The position numbers and the translations under genes are program-made. DNA of 64,000 nucleotides from assembly GCA_041746575.1 (NCBI GenBank), contig JBGTGT010000120.1, forward strand, positions 1-64,000, read 5' to 3'. Below are positions 11,158 to 22,262 of this stretch, piece after piece (the first letter of the stretch is position 1; each line of letters begins with the position of its first letter). The stretch comes from Microcystaceae cyanobacterium. GTDB taxonomy: Bacteria > Cyanobacteriota > Cyanobacteriia > Cyanobacteriales > Microcystaceae. The notes under the pieces were generated by a model, which worked only from the letters and a program-made list of their open reading frames with translations, was not told the DNA's origin and did not search any database.

Positions 11158-13311
11158 GTGAATCATTATTACTATCCGCTTATGTTAAGTGGATCGCTGT
11201 TAGCCCTATGGATAGGGCAACCGGCCCAAGCCAGCGATCCGAATGCTGTCCCTGAAAACCCATTCGATGCATCCGTTATCTTTGAGGGAAAGTCCGAAAG
11301 TGAAGCAAAGATCCCAAAAGAGAAAGGGTTAAATTCGTCGGTTATCTTGCAGGAAGAAAAGAATTCCTTCTTCGCTCAAACCTTGCCACCTACTTCGGAA
11401 GTGCAGATTTCTCAACCGGAAATTATTATCCAAGAGCAAATTGAACCCGCAACTCAAGACTACTTAACACCGCAAACCCCTTCAGCTCCGGTGTTGCCCA
11501 GAGCGATCGCTCCGCCTGTGGGTGATATGGCAGTTTCTAATATTAACACGGCGGCCAGTCGCATTAGTTTAGGAACAAACTTGATTATTCCGCGTTTAGT
11601 GCTACAGGATGCTCCCGCCGGTAAAGTCTTAGAAGTCTTAGCTGAATATGCCGGTTTAAACTTAATCTATAATGTCTCTGCGGCAGTACCCCTACAAGGA
11701 GAAGCCCCGGCCGAAGGAGGGGGAGGAGGGGAAGCCACTGTTACCCTCAATTTTACGAATGAATCCCTTGAAAACGTCTTTAATACGGTGCTAACCGTCT
11801 CAGGATTAAAAGCTAACCGTCAAGGACGCACGATCTATGTGGGGGCCAATTTACCGACGGAAGCATTGAATCTCATCAGTCGCACCCTGCGCCTCAATCA
11901 GGTGAAGTCTTTTAATGCAGGTACCTTTCTGGCATCCCAAGGGGCAGAGTTTCAACGTTTAGTGACGGTAACAGAAGATATTACCGATCCGCTAACGGGG
12001 CGAGTAATTGGACGACGGGACGTACCTGCTAACTTGGAAGCGATCACTCCGGCTGTTGAGGGGGCAACAGGCGCGCCTCTTCTTTTAACGGGGTTGAGGG
12101 TATCGGCGGATGACCGTTTAAATGCGATTACCTTAGTCGGAGAACCCCGTCAGGTGGAAGTTGCCACATCTTTGCTGACTCAATTAGATGCCCGTCGTCG
12201 TCAGGTGGCGATCAATGTGAAGGTGGTGGACGTTAACTTAAACAATGTGCAGGATTTTGACGCCAGTTTCTCTTTTGGAATTAATGATAGTTTCTTTATC
12301 CAAGATAATGGGGCGGCAACAATCCGTTTTGGTAGTAGTAATCCGGCTGGTCGAAACACAATCGATTTCTTGAATCCGACTGGACAAATCACAAATCCAC
12401 CCACCATTCCTAATCCGTTTGCTAATGGTCAGATTTTATTGGACACTAACGGATTACAGGTGTTACCAACAACCGGACAGCCGGACTTTAATCCTTTTGC
12501 TTTCCAACAAAACAATTTGCCCGGTCTTTATTACCCCGGTCAAGTCGGCATTACCTCAGACCCCTCATTTGCAGGAATTGCTGAATTTGAGCAAACAATT
12601 ACCAGAGATCCTGCCACAGGAATATCAACTATTGTTAACACCGTTACGAGAGGCATTCCTTCCTATTTCCAATATCCTCAGCAATTCCTTGCTCTGATTA
12701 ATGCTCAGATTCAAAGCAATAATGCTAAGGTGTTGACCGACCCTACCTTAGTGGTGCAAGAAGGCCAAGAAGCCACCGTTAAACTAACACAGAAAGTGGT
12801 CGAAAGCGTTCAAACTTCAGTTGACCCGTTAAGTGGCACGCGAACAATCACCCCCGTCTTAGCCGATGCGGGTTTAACCCTCGTGGTCAACTTGGATAAG
12901 GTGGATGATAATGGCTTTGTCAATCTGTCAGTCAGTCCAACTATTGCCGCCCCTGGTGGCTTTGAATTTTTTGATAGTGGGGATGGTGCCGTTAACCGCT
13001 TAACTTTACTGAACCGACGGGAATTAACATCAGGTCTAGTGCGGCTGCGGGATGGGCAAACCTTAATTCTGTCGGGTGTTATTCAAGAAACCGATCAAAC
13101 GATAACTCGAAAAGTTCCAATTTTAGGGGATATTCCAATTCTAGGGGCTTTATTCAGAAGCAGTTCAGACAGTACTCAGCGAACTGAGGTGATTATCGTA
13201 ATTACCCCCCAAATTATGGATGATAACGGGCAGTTCGGTTATAATTACGCCCCCGGACGGGAAGCGGCGGATGTCTTGAGACAGAGAGGTTTCCAAATTC
13301 CCAGCCAATAA
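11158..13311 (+). CDS. pilQ: Type IV pilus secretin PilQ
   Basis: Signal peptide, LPRAIAPPVGD, secretin C-terminus KVPILGDIPILGALF; synteny. Confidence 0.93.
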   Translation: MNHYYYPLMLSGSLLALWIGQPAQASDPNAVPENPFDASVIFEGKSESEAKIPKEKGLNSSVILQEEKNSFFAQTLPPTSEVQISQPEIIIQEQIEPATQDYLTPQTPSAPVLPRAIAPPVGDMAVSNINTAASRISLGTNLIIPRLVLQDAPAGKVLEVLAEYAGLNLIYNVSAAVPLQGEAPAEGGGGGEATVTLNFTNESLENVFNTVLTVSGLKANRQGRTIYVGANLPTEALNLISRTLRLNQVKSFNAGTFLASQGAEFQRLVTVTEDITDPLTGRVIGRRDVPANLEAITPAVEGATGAPLLLTGLRVSADDRLNAITLVGEPRQVEVATSLLTQLDARRRQVAINVKVVDVNLNNVQDFDASFSFGINDSFFIQDNGAATIRFGSSNPAGRNTIDFLNPTGQITNPPTIPNPFANGQILLDTNGLQVLPTTGQPDFNPFAFQQNNLPGLYYPGQVGITSDPSFAGIAEFEQTITRDPATGISTIVNTVTRGIPSYFQYPQQFLALINAQIQSNNAKVLTDPTLVVQEGQEATVKLTQKVVESVQTSVDPLSGTRTITPVLADAGLTLVVNLDKVDDNGFVNLSVSPTIAAPGGFEFFDSGDGAVNRLTLLNRRELTSGLVRLRDGQTLILSGVIQETDQTITRKVPILGDIPILGALFRSSSDSTQRTEVIIVITPQIMDDNGQFGYNYAPGREAADVLRQRGFQIPSQ

Positions 13312-13350
13312 GTTGCGTTTTTGCTTTCAGCCTGAAACTATCCTAATGTG

Positions 13351-13373
13351 GCCTCCCTTGGGAGGCTCTTTTT
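13351..13373 (+). terminator. Terminator between convergent pilQ and infB
   Basis: GCCTCC/GGAGGC stem followed by TCTTTTT. Confidence 0.65.
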
Positions 13374-13392
13374 ATTAGGACAAATGGCTAGA

Positions 13393-16365
13393 TTACTTCC
13401 CTGCCAATGTCCGACGCTTCATGACCATTTCGTAGGCTTCAATCACGTCGCTTTCTTGCCAATCCGTAAATTTAGACGACCCGATGCCGCATTCATAACC
13501 CGCATTGACTTCTCGGGCATCTTCTTTCATCCGTTTCAAAGAATCGATCACCCCTTCAAAAATGACCTCTCCCTTGCGACGAACTCGCATCAGACGGTTC
13601 CGAATAATTTTACCGGATTGGACGTAACAGCCGGCTACTGTACCGCGACCGACAGGGAAGACAGCCCGTACCTCTGCTTGACCAAGGGATGATTCTACTT
13701 CTTCGGGATCGAGAAGTCCTTCCATTGCCCCTTGAATATCATCCAATAATTTGTAAATGACATCATATTCTCGAATATCAACCCCTTCTCGGTCAGCCGC
13801 CGCCCTGGCACCACTAGCGAGAGTCGTACTAAAACCAATCACCACCGCACCACTCGCTGAGGCCAAATCTACATCGGTTTCAGTGATTTCACCGGGGGCG
13901 GCCAAGAGGATGCGAATTTGAACTTCTTCTTGGGGGAGTTGTTCTAAAGAACCGATAATGGCTTCGACAGAGCCTTGAACATCGGCTTTAAGGATGAGGT
14001 TTAATTCCTTGAGTTCTCCTTCCTGTGCTTGGGCAGAGAGGGTACTGAGGCTGATACGTCGCCCTGACATGGCTTTTTGGAGGCGACTTTCTCGATCAGC
14101 AATGGATCGTTGGTCTGCGATCGCTTTGGCTTCTTTTTCTAGACTGAAGACCTCAAACTCATCCCCCGCCGCCGGAACTTCGCTTAAGCCCAATACTTCT
14201 ACCGCAAAAGACGGACTAGCCGCTTCCACTTTTTCTCCTCGGTCGTCAATCATGGCGCGGATTTTACCCATAACGGCTCCGGCTACAATAATGTCTCCGA
14301 CCATTAGAGTGCCATTTTGTACGAGTAAGGTGGCCACCGGACCTCTGGCGCGATCCAAGTGGGCTTCAATCACTGTCCCCCGAGCCAAACGATCTGGGTT
14401 GGCTGAGAGTTCTTCAATATCGGATACCAGCAGGATCATTTCCAGTAAATTGTCGAGATTGTCTCCTTTTAAGGCACTGACTGGCACCATAATCGTTTCT
14501 CCGCCCCATTCTTCTGGCACTAACCCCAATTCTGATAATTCCTGCTTAATGCGATCGGGGTTAGATTCATGTTTGTCCACTTTATTGATGGCAACAATGA
14601 GGGGAACTTCCGCCGCTCGGGCGTGACTGATGGCTTCTCGGGTTTGGGGCTGTACTCCATCGTCAGCAGCGACGACAAGAATGGCAATATCGGTCACCTT
14701 TGCTCCTCTAGCCCGCATAGCCGTAAAAGCTTCGTGACCGGGGGTATCGAGAAAGACGATCTGTTGAGATTCGCCATTGTGATCAGTATCCACATGATAC
14801 GCCCCAATGTGTTGGGTAATTCCTCCAGCTTCCCCTTGGGCAACTTTGGTTTTGCGAATGGAGTCTAGAAGGGTAGTTTTGCCGTGATCGACGTGACCCA
14901 TAATCGTCACCACGGGGGGACGGCGTTGAAGATGATCGAGGTCTTCCACATCGAGCATTTCAGTGCTTTTAGTAGCGGCAGCCTTTTCTTCTGGACTTTC
15001 CACTGCAATTTCAAAGTCTTCTGCTACCTGTTGGGCAATTTCGAGCTCTAGCGTCTGGGTAATATTGACGGCAATGCCTTTAAAAAATAGGTTCTTAATA
15101 ATGTCGGTTTCAGGAACTTGAATCAAATCGGCTAATTCCCGAATAGTTAAGTTGCCTTGAATGATGATGCTCTCGGGGCGAACCCGCTCTTTGCGTTCTC
15201 GACGCTCGGATCGCTGACGACGGTCAACTTGTGTCGCTTTGACAGGAGCTTTTTTCGGTTTATTGGTGGGAGCTGGGGGTTTATTGCCTGATTTGGGTTT
15301 AGGAGGACGAGCCGTTGACAGGCTAAAGGAGTTTGTCGCCTCATTATCCGACAAATCGTCTTCAAAGTCGTCATCATCGTCAATGATCGGTTTAAGGCGT
15401 TTATTTTTGCTCCCAATTTTGCTTTTAACTTCTTGGTCGTCATCCTCTTCCCATCCTGCTCCCTTGGTAGGACTCGGAAGGGTAGGTCGTTTCAGTTTTT
15501 GCTTCGATTTTGCTTTTTTGTGGCTGGGGGGTAATTCAGTATCAATCGTGTCTTCTTGATCTTCATTTTCTGCAGGTTCAGCGACGGTAGCGTCCTGAGT
15601 TGGGGATTTCGCAAGAGCAGGAATCTCTTTCTGGGGCGGTTGAGGTCGTTTAAGTTCGACTTCAGCGGCAATTGGTTTAATTTTCTGGGGTTTTTTCTGG
15701 CGGTTATCTTGATCTTCGCCTGTTTCTTCCTGTGTTTCTTTTCTCGCTTTCTTGGGTAGCGGTTTAAGCTCAGAAATCTCTTTCTCTTTATCCTTAGGTT
15801 CAATCCCAGATGAACCGGTCTGAACAGAAGGCTTACTGAGAGGATCTGAGGCAGATTTACTAGTTAAACGGCTAGGGGGTTCTAATAATTCCGATTTTTT
15901 CGGCTTATCTTCCCTTGCATTTTCTTTTGTTTTTGAGGAAGGTGCCGTTAGGGGTAGGGCATCCGGAGATGTGCTTTCCGTTGCGGAGGCGGGGCGTTGA
16001 GGCTTGTCTAGAGTGGGTTGAACAGAGAGAGAAGAGGGAGACACCAAAGTGGGTTTCGGTTGTAGAGGTTTAGTTGGAGAAGGAAGGTCGGCGGATTTTG
16101 CGGTTTCGGCGGAGCGAGGTTGTTTGTGATGAACAGCTAAAATTTGCTGTTTTCCTCTATCTTGAGCAGATTCAGCCACACCTTTATGAATGGCGCCACC
16201 ATGTTTTTCGGCAGTTGATTTAATGCGCACAGCTTCGTCTTCGGTAATCGTGCTACTATGGCTTTTGACAGGAATATTGAGATATTCGCAAATTTCAATA
16301 ATTTCCCTGTTTTCCAAATTTAATTCTTTTGATAAATCGTAAATTCTGACTTTGGCGTTGTTCAT
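13393..16365 (-). CDS. infB: Translation initiation factor IF-2
   Basis: [20 protein letters not shown]; long low-complexity N-terminus typical of cyanobacteria. Confidence 0.99.
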   Translation of the reverse strand: MNNAKVRIYDLSKELNLENREIIEICEYLNIPVKSHSSTITEDEAVRIKSTAEKHGGAIHKGVAESAQDRGKQQILAVHHKQPRSAETAKSADLPSPTKPLQPKPTLVSPSSLSVQPTLDKPQRPASATESTSPDALPLTAPSSKTKENAREDKPKKSELLEPPSRLTSKSASDPLSKPSVQTGSSGIEPKDKEKEISELKPLPKKARKETQEETGEDQDNRQKKPQKIKPIAAEVELKRPQPPQKEIPALAKSPTQDATVAEPAENEDQEDTIDTELPPSHKKAKSKQKLKRPTLPSPTKGAGWEEDDDQEVKSKIGSKNKRLKPIIDDDDDFEDDLSDNEATNSFSLSTARPPKPKSGNKPPAPTNKPKKAPVKATQVDRRQRSERRERKERVRPESIIIQGNLTIRELADLIQVPETDIIKNLFFKGIAVNITQTLELEIAQQVAEDFEIAVESPEEKAAATKSTEMLDVEDLDHLQRRPPVVTIMGHVDHGKTTLLDSIRKTKVAQGEAGGITQHIGAYHVDTDHNGESQQIVFLDTPGHEAFTAMRARGAKVTDIAILVVAADDGVQPQTREAISHARAAEVPLIVAINKVDKHESNPDRIKQELSELGLVPEEWGGETIMVPVSALKGDNLDNLLEMILLVSDIEELSANPDRLARGTVIEAHLDRARGPVATLLVQNGTLMVGDIIVAGAVMGKIRAMIDDRGEKVEAASPSFAVEVLGLSEVPAAGDEFEVFSLEKEAKAIADQRSIADRESRLQKAMSGRRISLSTLSAQAQEGELKELNLILKADVQGSVEAIIGSLEQLPQEEVQIRILLAAPGEITETDVDLASASGAVVIGFSTTLASGARAAADREGVDIREYDVIYKLLDDIQGAMEGLLDPEEVESSLGQAEVRAVFPVGRGTVAGCYVQSGKIIRNRLMRVRRKGEVIFEGVIDSLKRMKEDAREVNAGYECGIGSSKFTDWQESDVIEAYEMVMKRRTLAGK

Positions 16366-16450
16366 CCACTATCCTCTTGACTAGACTCCGAGTAAATTTA
16401 ATAAAACGGTTAAAGGTTAATTGTTTGGCTCATGATCTTGAATCCTGTTT

Positions 16451-16732
16451 TTATGGTAGCGATCTTTTATTTAATATGGGATGGTCTGAATTCAATGCCT
16501 CCTCTAGGCTTTGATAAATATCGTCGGGAATGGCGGTTTTTAAAGCCCTTCCTAGTCGCTTTTTCTGACGAGCAATCTGAAGACAACTGACTTGAGGGCA
16601 GAGATAAGCGGATCGTCCCATTCCTTTATTTAATTGTACCTGCCCTGATGGATAGACTCTGACAATTCGCCAAAATTTCTCCTTGGGGGCGATTTGATGA
16701 CAACTGATACAGCGTCGATTATTGGGTTTCAT
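16451..16732 (-). CDS. ylxR: YlxR family RNA-binding protein
   Basis: RRCISC, GRSAYLC; between nusA and infB; ATG at 16732 preferred. Confidence 0.92.
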   Translation of the reverse strand: MKPNNRRCISCHQIAPKEKFWRIVRVYPSGQVQLNKGMGRSAYLCPQVSCLQIARQKKRLGRALKTAIPDDIYQSLEEALNSDHPILNKRSLP

Positions 16733-16850
16733 GAGACGACTGGCAGAATCGAATTGGGCTAGGCTTGGGATATTCAAGTTAAGTCGGCTCTCTCGATCAT
16801 TTTATTCGGTCTTTTTCTATTATTTCTGATCTGGGCAATGATACAAGGGG

Positions 16851-18038
16851 TCAGGTATCTAATTCGTCGGCGATCGCTTCAAGGGGAGGATTGGCTTTTT
16901 CTGCTTTATAGAGAACAATATCTTTAATATCAATCTTCCAGCCTGTTAAACGGGCGGCGAGGCGGACATTTTGCCCTTCTTTACCGATGGCTAAACTCAG
17001 TTGGTCTTCAGCGACTAAAACGAGGGCGTGGCGTTCTTCTGCATTAATTAAGATCACCTCATCTACTCTAGCAGGACTTAAGGCATTGGCGATGTAGGTG
17101 GCAGGATCGGGTGACCAACGAATCACATCAATTTTTTCGCCTCGCAATTCATTGACAACCGCTTGAATCCGTGATCCTCTTGCGCCAATACAAGCTCCCA
17201 CAGGGTCAACTTCTCGTTCGATGGTATCAACAGCGATTTTGGTACGGGGGCCGACGTGGCGGGAAGGAGGGTTGGCTTCCCGTGATACAGCAACAATTCG
17301 CACAATTTCTTCGTCGATTTCGGGAACTTCCACGGTAAAGAGTTCTACCACCAGTCCCGCGGCGGCGCGGGAAATGAGCAGTTGGGGGCCCCGTTGCGAT
17401 CCTTCTCGCACTTTTTTAAGATATACCTTGAAGGTAGCATTGGCGCGGTAATTGTCGTTGGGCAGTTGCTCGCGTTTGGGGAGTTCGGCTTCGACTTCGG
17501 GTTGACCGTAAGCACTTTGGACGGACATGATAATATTTTGTCGTTCAAAGCGTAAGACTCTGGCGTTGAGAACAGTCCCTTCGATGTCGTTAAATTCTTC
17601 TTGAATCAGTTTGCGTTGTTGATCTCGTAACTTTTGCAAGAGGACTTGTTTGGTTTGAATAGCGGCCATGCGGCCAAATTCTTTTTGGTTGGGGGTGACA
17701 TCTAGCACCACTTCATCCCCTAATTCGGCTTCTGCGGCGACAGTTTGCACTTCTAAGAGGGAAATCTGATGATCGCTATTGTCCACTTCTTCAACGATCC
17801 GTTTGGTGGAGAGGACGCGAAATCCTTCTTCGTCTGTATCGAGTTCGACTTCAAAATTCTCAAAGTAGTCGTCATGAAATTGGGTGGAATCAGCAATATT
17901 CTGCGATCGCCGATAGCGTTCATAGCCTTTTAAGAGGGCTTCTCTGAGGGCTTGCTGGACGGCCGACAAAGGTAAGCTATGGCGTTGACTAATTTCCTTA
18001 ATCATGTCTTTTAAACCGGGCAAATTGACCAAAGACAT
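16851..18038 (-). CDS. nusA: Transcription termination factor NusA
   Basis: FGRMAA, S1 and KH domains ([20 protein letters not shown]). Confidence 0.99.
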   Translation of the reverse strand: MSLVNLPGLKDMIKEISQRHSLPLSAVQQALREALLKGYERYRRSQNIADSTQFHDDYFENFEVELDTDEEGFRVLSTKRIVEEVDNSDHQISLLEVQTVAAEAELGDEVVLDVTPNQKEFGRMAAIQTKQVLLQKLRDQQRKLIQEEFNDIEGTVLNARVLRFERQNIIMSVQSAYGQPEVEAELPKREQLPNDNYRANATFKVYLKKVREGSQRGPQLLISRAAAGLVVELFTVEVPEIDEEIVRIVAVSREANPPSRHVGPRTKIAVDTIEREVDPVGACIGARGSRIQAVVNELRGEKIDVIRWSPDPATYIANALSPARVDEVILINAEERHALVLVAEDQLSLAIGKEGQNVRLAARLTGWKIDIKDIVLYKAEKANPPLEAIADELDT

Positions 18039-18071
18039 CAGATAATTTCCTCCAAATAATAAAGCGAGTTT

Positions 18072-18527
18072 TTAACCCCCTAATTGAATATGGGCGACTA
18101 ATTCACGAGGAATCGCAATTGTTCGTCCTTTTTGATTGAGATAAATGGCTTTTTCATCCCTCCTTTGTAATTTTCCTTGCCATTCTTTATGATTTTGATA
18201 AGGAGCGTAGGTTTTAACAATGACCTCAAAGCCTTTAAAAACGATAAATTCGCGATCGCTGGTTAATTGTCGAGCCACTCCAGGACTGGATATTTCCAAT
18301 ACATACGATCCCGGAATTAAGTCCTGTTGATCAAGGGCTTCTTCTAGGGCGTAACTCATCCGTTCGCAGTCATCAAGGCCGGTATCATGATTAAGATTAC
18401 GGACATCAACTCTCAAGGTCGGCGGCGATTTATCGGTATGAAAAATGGCTTCCACGACTTCTAAACCAAGACTTTTAGCAACGGGAGTAGCAATCTCAAT
18501 GATTTGGGGGATGAGTGGGTGAGTCAT
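18072..18527 (-). CDS. rimP: Ribosome maturation factor RimP
   Basis: LDDCERMS, YVLEISSPG; upstream of nusA. Confidence 0.97.
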   Translation of the reverse strand: MTHPLIPQIIEIATPVAKSLGLEVVEAIFHTDKSPPTLRVDVRNLNHDTGLDDCERMSYALEEALDQQDLIPGSYVLEISSPGVARQLTSDREFIVFKGFEVIVKTYAPYQNHKEWQGKLQRRDEKAIYLNQKGRTIAIPRELVAHIQLGG

Positions 18528-18540
18528 GGCGTTTATCCAT

Positions 18541-18570
18541 TAAAAAAAGCGGGCTTGACCCCACTTCTTT
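18541..18570 (-). promoter_or_regulatory. rimP leader hairpin/attenuator
   Basis: Minus strand AAGTGGG-GTCAAG-CCCGCTT followed by a T run, about 14 nt before the rimP ATG; matches the widespread rimP leader pattern. Confidence 0.7.
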
Positions 18571-18738
18571 GTAGCTGATGCGCAATTTGGGTGGACTGAA
18601 TGAGTGATCGGTTAACGCATTCATTCTCTTAGTTTATCACACCTGAGCAAGCAAACGGTATTAACCCCGTAAACAATGTAAAGCAGGGTGTTCACTTCAA
18701 GGACAAAGATAGCGATCGTCCTCCCGTTTAGAATAACT

Positions 18739-19206
18739 TTAAGCTTCCTTCGCCTTCAATAAGTCAAATTCTTGTAAGGCAGGATAAAAATTCATATTTT
18801 CATGATTAGAACGACTTAATTTAATTAAAGCAAATCGTTGGAGAGGGGTTAAGTTTTGCCATTGTTCAAGGGTCAATTGAAGATTAAATTCAGAAGCTTT
18901 TAATTGGACTTCTTCAGGAATTTCTTTAATTTTCAACCAAGCAGGATTGTCTTCAATTTCTAATTCCTTGGCCGGTTTACCTGTTTTTTCAGTGATTAAT
19001 TGTTGTAAAAAGTCTCGATAAATTCGACTTTCTGCTACCGTCTGACAAGCCATATTGACTAAAACGTTGCGCTCTTTTTGAGTAAGTTGATGCCAATGGG
19101 ATAATTTTAACTTTACGCCACAAGTATCTAATTTGAGTCTTACTTGCATGGGAATGCACCGCAAGGAATCCACAAAATCTGCTTCAAATTGAAAGAAATC
19201 AGACAT
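18739..19206 (-). CDS. narM: Nitrate reductase-associated protein NarM
   Basis: FQFEADFVDSLRCIPMQVRLKLD, QRFALIKLSR; downstream of narB. Confidence 0.93.
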   Translation of the reverse strand: MSDFFQFEADFVDSLRCIPMQVRLKLDTCGVKLKLSHWHQLTQKERNVLVNMACQTVAESRIYRDFLQQLITEKTGKPAKELEIEDNPAWLKIKEIPEEVQLKASEFNLQLTLEQWQNLTPLQRFALIKLSRSNHENMNFYPALQEFDLLKAKEA

Positions 19207-19292
19207 AAAAAGTAATCAAAGAATATGAAAAGAGAGGGTAGGAACGCAAGTTTGCGCCCAAAAATAGAGATTTAAAACTCGATACTTAATAT

Positions 19293-21554
19293 TTAACGGC
19301 CAATACTCACTAATTGATTGTTGCTCTCTTTCATCATAGCTTGATTGTTACCGAGAATGGGAATCAATTGCACGGCACAGGCTTTTAATTCAGGTTCAAG
19401 GGAAATAGGACAAGCTTCGGGATGGGTTAAGGCATTCGCTTCGGCATCGTCCGCCCATAATGCCCCCCAGTGCATCGGCACAAAAACTGTTCCTTTAATG
19501 ATCGCAGTGGTGATTTTCACAGGGAACTTTGCTTTTCCACGGCGGGATAACACTTCTACTTGATTTCCGGTTTCCAATCCTAATTTATCTGCATCATAGG
19601 GATGAATTTCAAGAAAAGGATAGGGGTGCATTTTTTGAATTTTGGGAATACGCCCAGTGCGAGTTTGGGTGTGCCAGTGACCATAAAGACGACCAGTGGT
19701 TAAAACGAAAGGATAATCTGGGTCAACGGGTTCTGCCAGTCCTTTTGAATGAAAAGCGGCAAATTTTGCCCGTCCATCGGGGGTATTAAACGTTAAATCT
19801 TCGTAGAGTCGTTTTCCTGTTAATTTTCGGTCTTTGTTGCCAAAAAATCGCTGTAAAATACCTTTTTCAGGGTCTTCTTTCCATTCTCCTTCTCCTTCTT
19901 CTTGAGGACAAGGCCATTGAATGGGCCCCTCTTCCTGTAAGCGTTGATAGGTAATTCCTGTCATCTCACAGGGACGATTTCGGGTAAATCGAACAAATTC
20001 TCGATGAACTTCCGAGGAATCAGCAAAATTAAACTGTTCTGTGAAGCCCAATCGCCGCCCGACTTCGGCAAAGATTTCCCAGTCTGCTTTAGCTTCCCCC
20101 TGAGGCGTCCGAAATTGTGGACATAGGGTGACGACCCGTTCAGAATTGGTCATTGTTCCTGTTTTTTCGCTCCATTGAGCCGCAGGAAGTAATAAATGGG
20201 CATAAGCTGTGGTTTCTGTGGGATGATAAGCGTCTTGATAAATCGTAAAGGGGGATTTAAGTAAGGCTGCTTTCGTTCGTGTCAAATCAGGCATACTGAC
20301 TGCCGGATTGGTGGCGGCTATCCACAATAACCCGACTTCCCCATTTTCTAATCCGGTAATCATGCGCCATCCGTCAAAACCGGGTTCTGGCTTAATACTT
20401 CCTTCGGGTAATCCCCATAATTGTTCGACTTCTGCTCGATGTTGCGGATTTTTCACGGTACGGTATCCCGGTAGCAGATGACTCAATCCCCCAGCTTCCC
20501 GTCCACCCATGGCGTTAGGTTGCCCAGTGAGCGAAAAAGGGCCTGCCCCCGGTTGACCAATCTGAGCCGTCATTAGGTGTAAGTTGATAATGGTGCGGAC
20601 TTTGGCGGTGCCTTCAGAAGATTGATTGATGCCCATTGACCATAAAGACAAGACACGTTCTGAATCTGCCCAAAAACGAGCGGCCGCTTCGATTTCCTCG
20701 ACTTCAATGCCACAAAGATCCGCCGCGACTTCAGGGGGATAATGTTGAATAACTTCAGCATAGTCTGAAAAACCTTGGGTACATTCATCGAGAAAATAAG
20801 TGTCGATTGCCCCCCATTTCAGCAATAAATGGGCAATTCCGTTGAGCAAGTCAATATCGGTACCGGGTTTAATCGCTAAATGAAGATCAGCCGCTTCTGC
20901 CGTTTTGGTGTGGCGAGGGTCAACGACAATGAGCTTAGCTTGCTTATTTTTCTTAAGATGTTGCTGTAAACGGTTAAAGACGATGGGATGGCACTCGGCG
21001 GTGTTTGTTCCAATGAGGAAAGCGCAATCGGTTAATTCCAAATCTTCATAGCAACAGGGAGGGCCATCTGATCCTAAGCTTTGAATATAGCCCGCAACGG
21101 CGGAAGACATACATAAACGGGAATTTGCGTCGAAATTGTTCGTCCCTAGACAACCTTTTAACAATTTTTGGGCAATATAGTAATCCTCGGTTTGAAATTG
21201 TCCTGAACCGTAGAGACAAATTCCTTCTACCCCTTGGCTTCGTCTGACGCTTTGAATCCGTTGCACAATGGCATTGAAAGCCGCTTCCCAACTGATGCGA
21301 TGGAAGGGTTCTGATAAAGACTCTCGAAGCATGGGGTATTTCAGACGATCTTGGTCTAGCGATTCGGTTATCGTTGCCCCCTTAACACAGATTTTACCTA
21401 AACTTGAGGGATGATTGCGATCGCCCATCACTTTCCAGATGGGTTTACCTTCACTATCTCGGTGGGTTGCCCGTCCAGCGGCCGCCGGGGGGGTGACTTC
21501 GAGTCCACAACCTACACCACAATAGGGGCAGAGGGTTTTGATGCAATCCGTCAT
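19293..21554 (-). CDS. narB: Ferredoxin-nitrate reductase
   Basis: CPYCGVGC...C Fe-S motif, [32 protein letters not shown]. Confidence 0.95.
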   Translation of the reverse strand: MTDCIKTLCPYCGVGCGLEVTPPAAAGRATHRDSEGKPIWKVMGDRNHPSSLGKICVKGATITESLDQDRLKYPMLRESLSEPFHRISWEAAFNAIVQRIQSVRRSQGVEGICLYGSGQFQTEDYYIAQKLLKGCLGTNNFDANSRLCMSSAVAGYIQSLGSDGPPCCYEDLELTDCAFLIGTNTAECHPIVFNRLQQHLKKNKQAKLIVVDPRHTKTAEAADLHLAIKPGTDIDLLNGIAHLLLKWGAIDTYFLDECTQGFSDYAEVIQHYPPEVAADLCGIEVEEIEAAARFWADSERVLSLWSMGINQSSEGTAKVRTIINLHLMTAQIGQPGAGPFSLTGQPNAMGGREAGGLSHLLPGYRTVKNPQHRAEVEQLWGLPEGSIKPEPGFDGWRMITGLENGEVGLLWIAATNPAVSMPDLTRTKAALLKSPFTIYQDAYHPTETTAYAHLLLPAAQWSEKTGTMTNSERVVTLCPQFRTPQGEAKADWEIFAEVGRRLGFTEQFNFADSSEVHREFVRFTRNRPCEMTGITYQRLQEEGPIQWPCPQEEGEGEWKEDPEKGILQRFFGNKDRKLTGKRLYEDLTFNTPDGRAKFAAFHSKGLAEPVDPDYPFVLTTGRLYGHWHTQTRTGRIPKIQKMHPYPFLEIHPYDADKLGLETGNQVEVLSRRGKAKFPVKITTAIIKGTVFVPMHWGALWADDAEANALTHPEACPISLEPELKACAVQLIPILGNNQAMMKESNNQLVSIGR

Positions 21555-21621
21555 AATAATTATCTAAATAAGCCGTTTTATCTTGTCTAAAATGATCATC
21601 TTCATATTTCTTCAAGTAAAC

Positions 21622-21637
21622 TGTTGTTTTTTATACA
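21622..21637 (-). promoter_or_regulatory. Possible NtcA site upstream of narB
   Basis: Minus strand TGTA-TAAAAAAC-AACA, one mismatch to GTA-N8-TAC; no clear -10 box at the canonical distance. Confidence 0.35.
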
Positions 21638-21715
21638 TATTTGCTTTAACTTTACGGTTAAAGGATGTTTATGATGCGGATTATGCAAGTTGGGAAGAGG
21701 GAAAAGGACGAAGGC

Positions 21716-22168
21716 TCAAGGATGAATATCGAACGCCTGCCGCTCAATCCGCTCAATCTCTTTAATTCGAGGTATTTCCGCTTCATCTACGGGAGTAGCG
21801 AACCAAGCGTCCAGTATTTCTTTGGCTATCTCTGGGGCAGTGGCACGGAGACTCATGACGAGAACATTTGCATCATTCCAACGACGCGCGCCTTGGGCGG
21901 TGAGGGCATCGAAACACAAAGCGGCACGAACCCCTTTGACTTTATTGGCAACGATAGACGCCCCCGTTCCGGTATAACAGAATAAAACGCCATAATCAGC
22001 TCCGCCTTGGGCAACACTTCGAGCAAGCGATTCGGCGGCAAGTGTCCACGGCAAGGGATTTTGCTTGAGAATACCCAGTAAGATCACTTCATGATTACGC
22101 TGTTGTAATTCCTGAACAACATAATCGGTTAAATAAGTTTTTTCGTCACTGGCGACGGTAATTTTCAT
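21716..22168 (-). CDS. RpiB/LacA/LacB family sugar-phosphate isomerase (atypical)
   Basis: CYTGTGASIVANK.KGVRAA, ARRWNDANVL. Confidence 0.88.
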   Translation of the reverse strand: MKITVASDEKTYLTDYVVQELQQRNHEVILLGILKQNPLPWTLAAESLARSVAQGGADYGVLFCYTGTGASIVANKVKGVRAALCFDALTAQGARRWNDANVLVMSLRATAPEIAKEILDAWFATPVDEAEIPRIKEIERIERQAFDIHP

Positions 22169-22262
22169 GATTTTAGGGGGTGGATGTCAATAAACTTAAT
22201 TTTGGATAAAATTTAAGGGGTATTTGACCCCGAATTCGAGATAGAAAAATGCTTAACCCCTT

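Noticed and set aside
8508..13311. Absence of pilP from the pilMNOQ operon
   Set aside because: Normal arrangement in cyanobacteria
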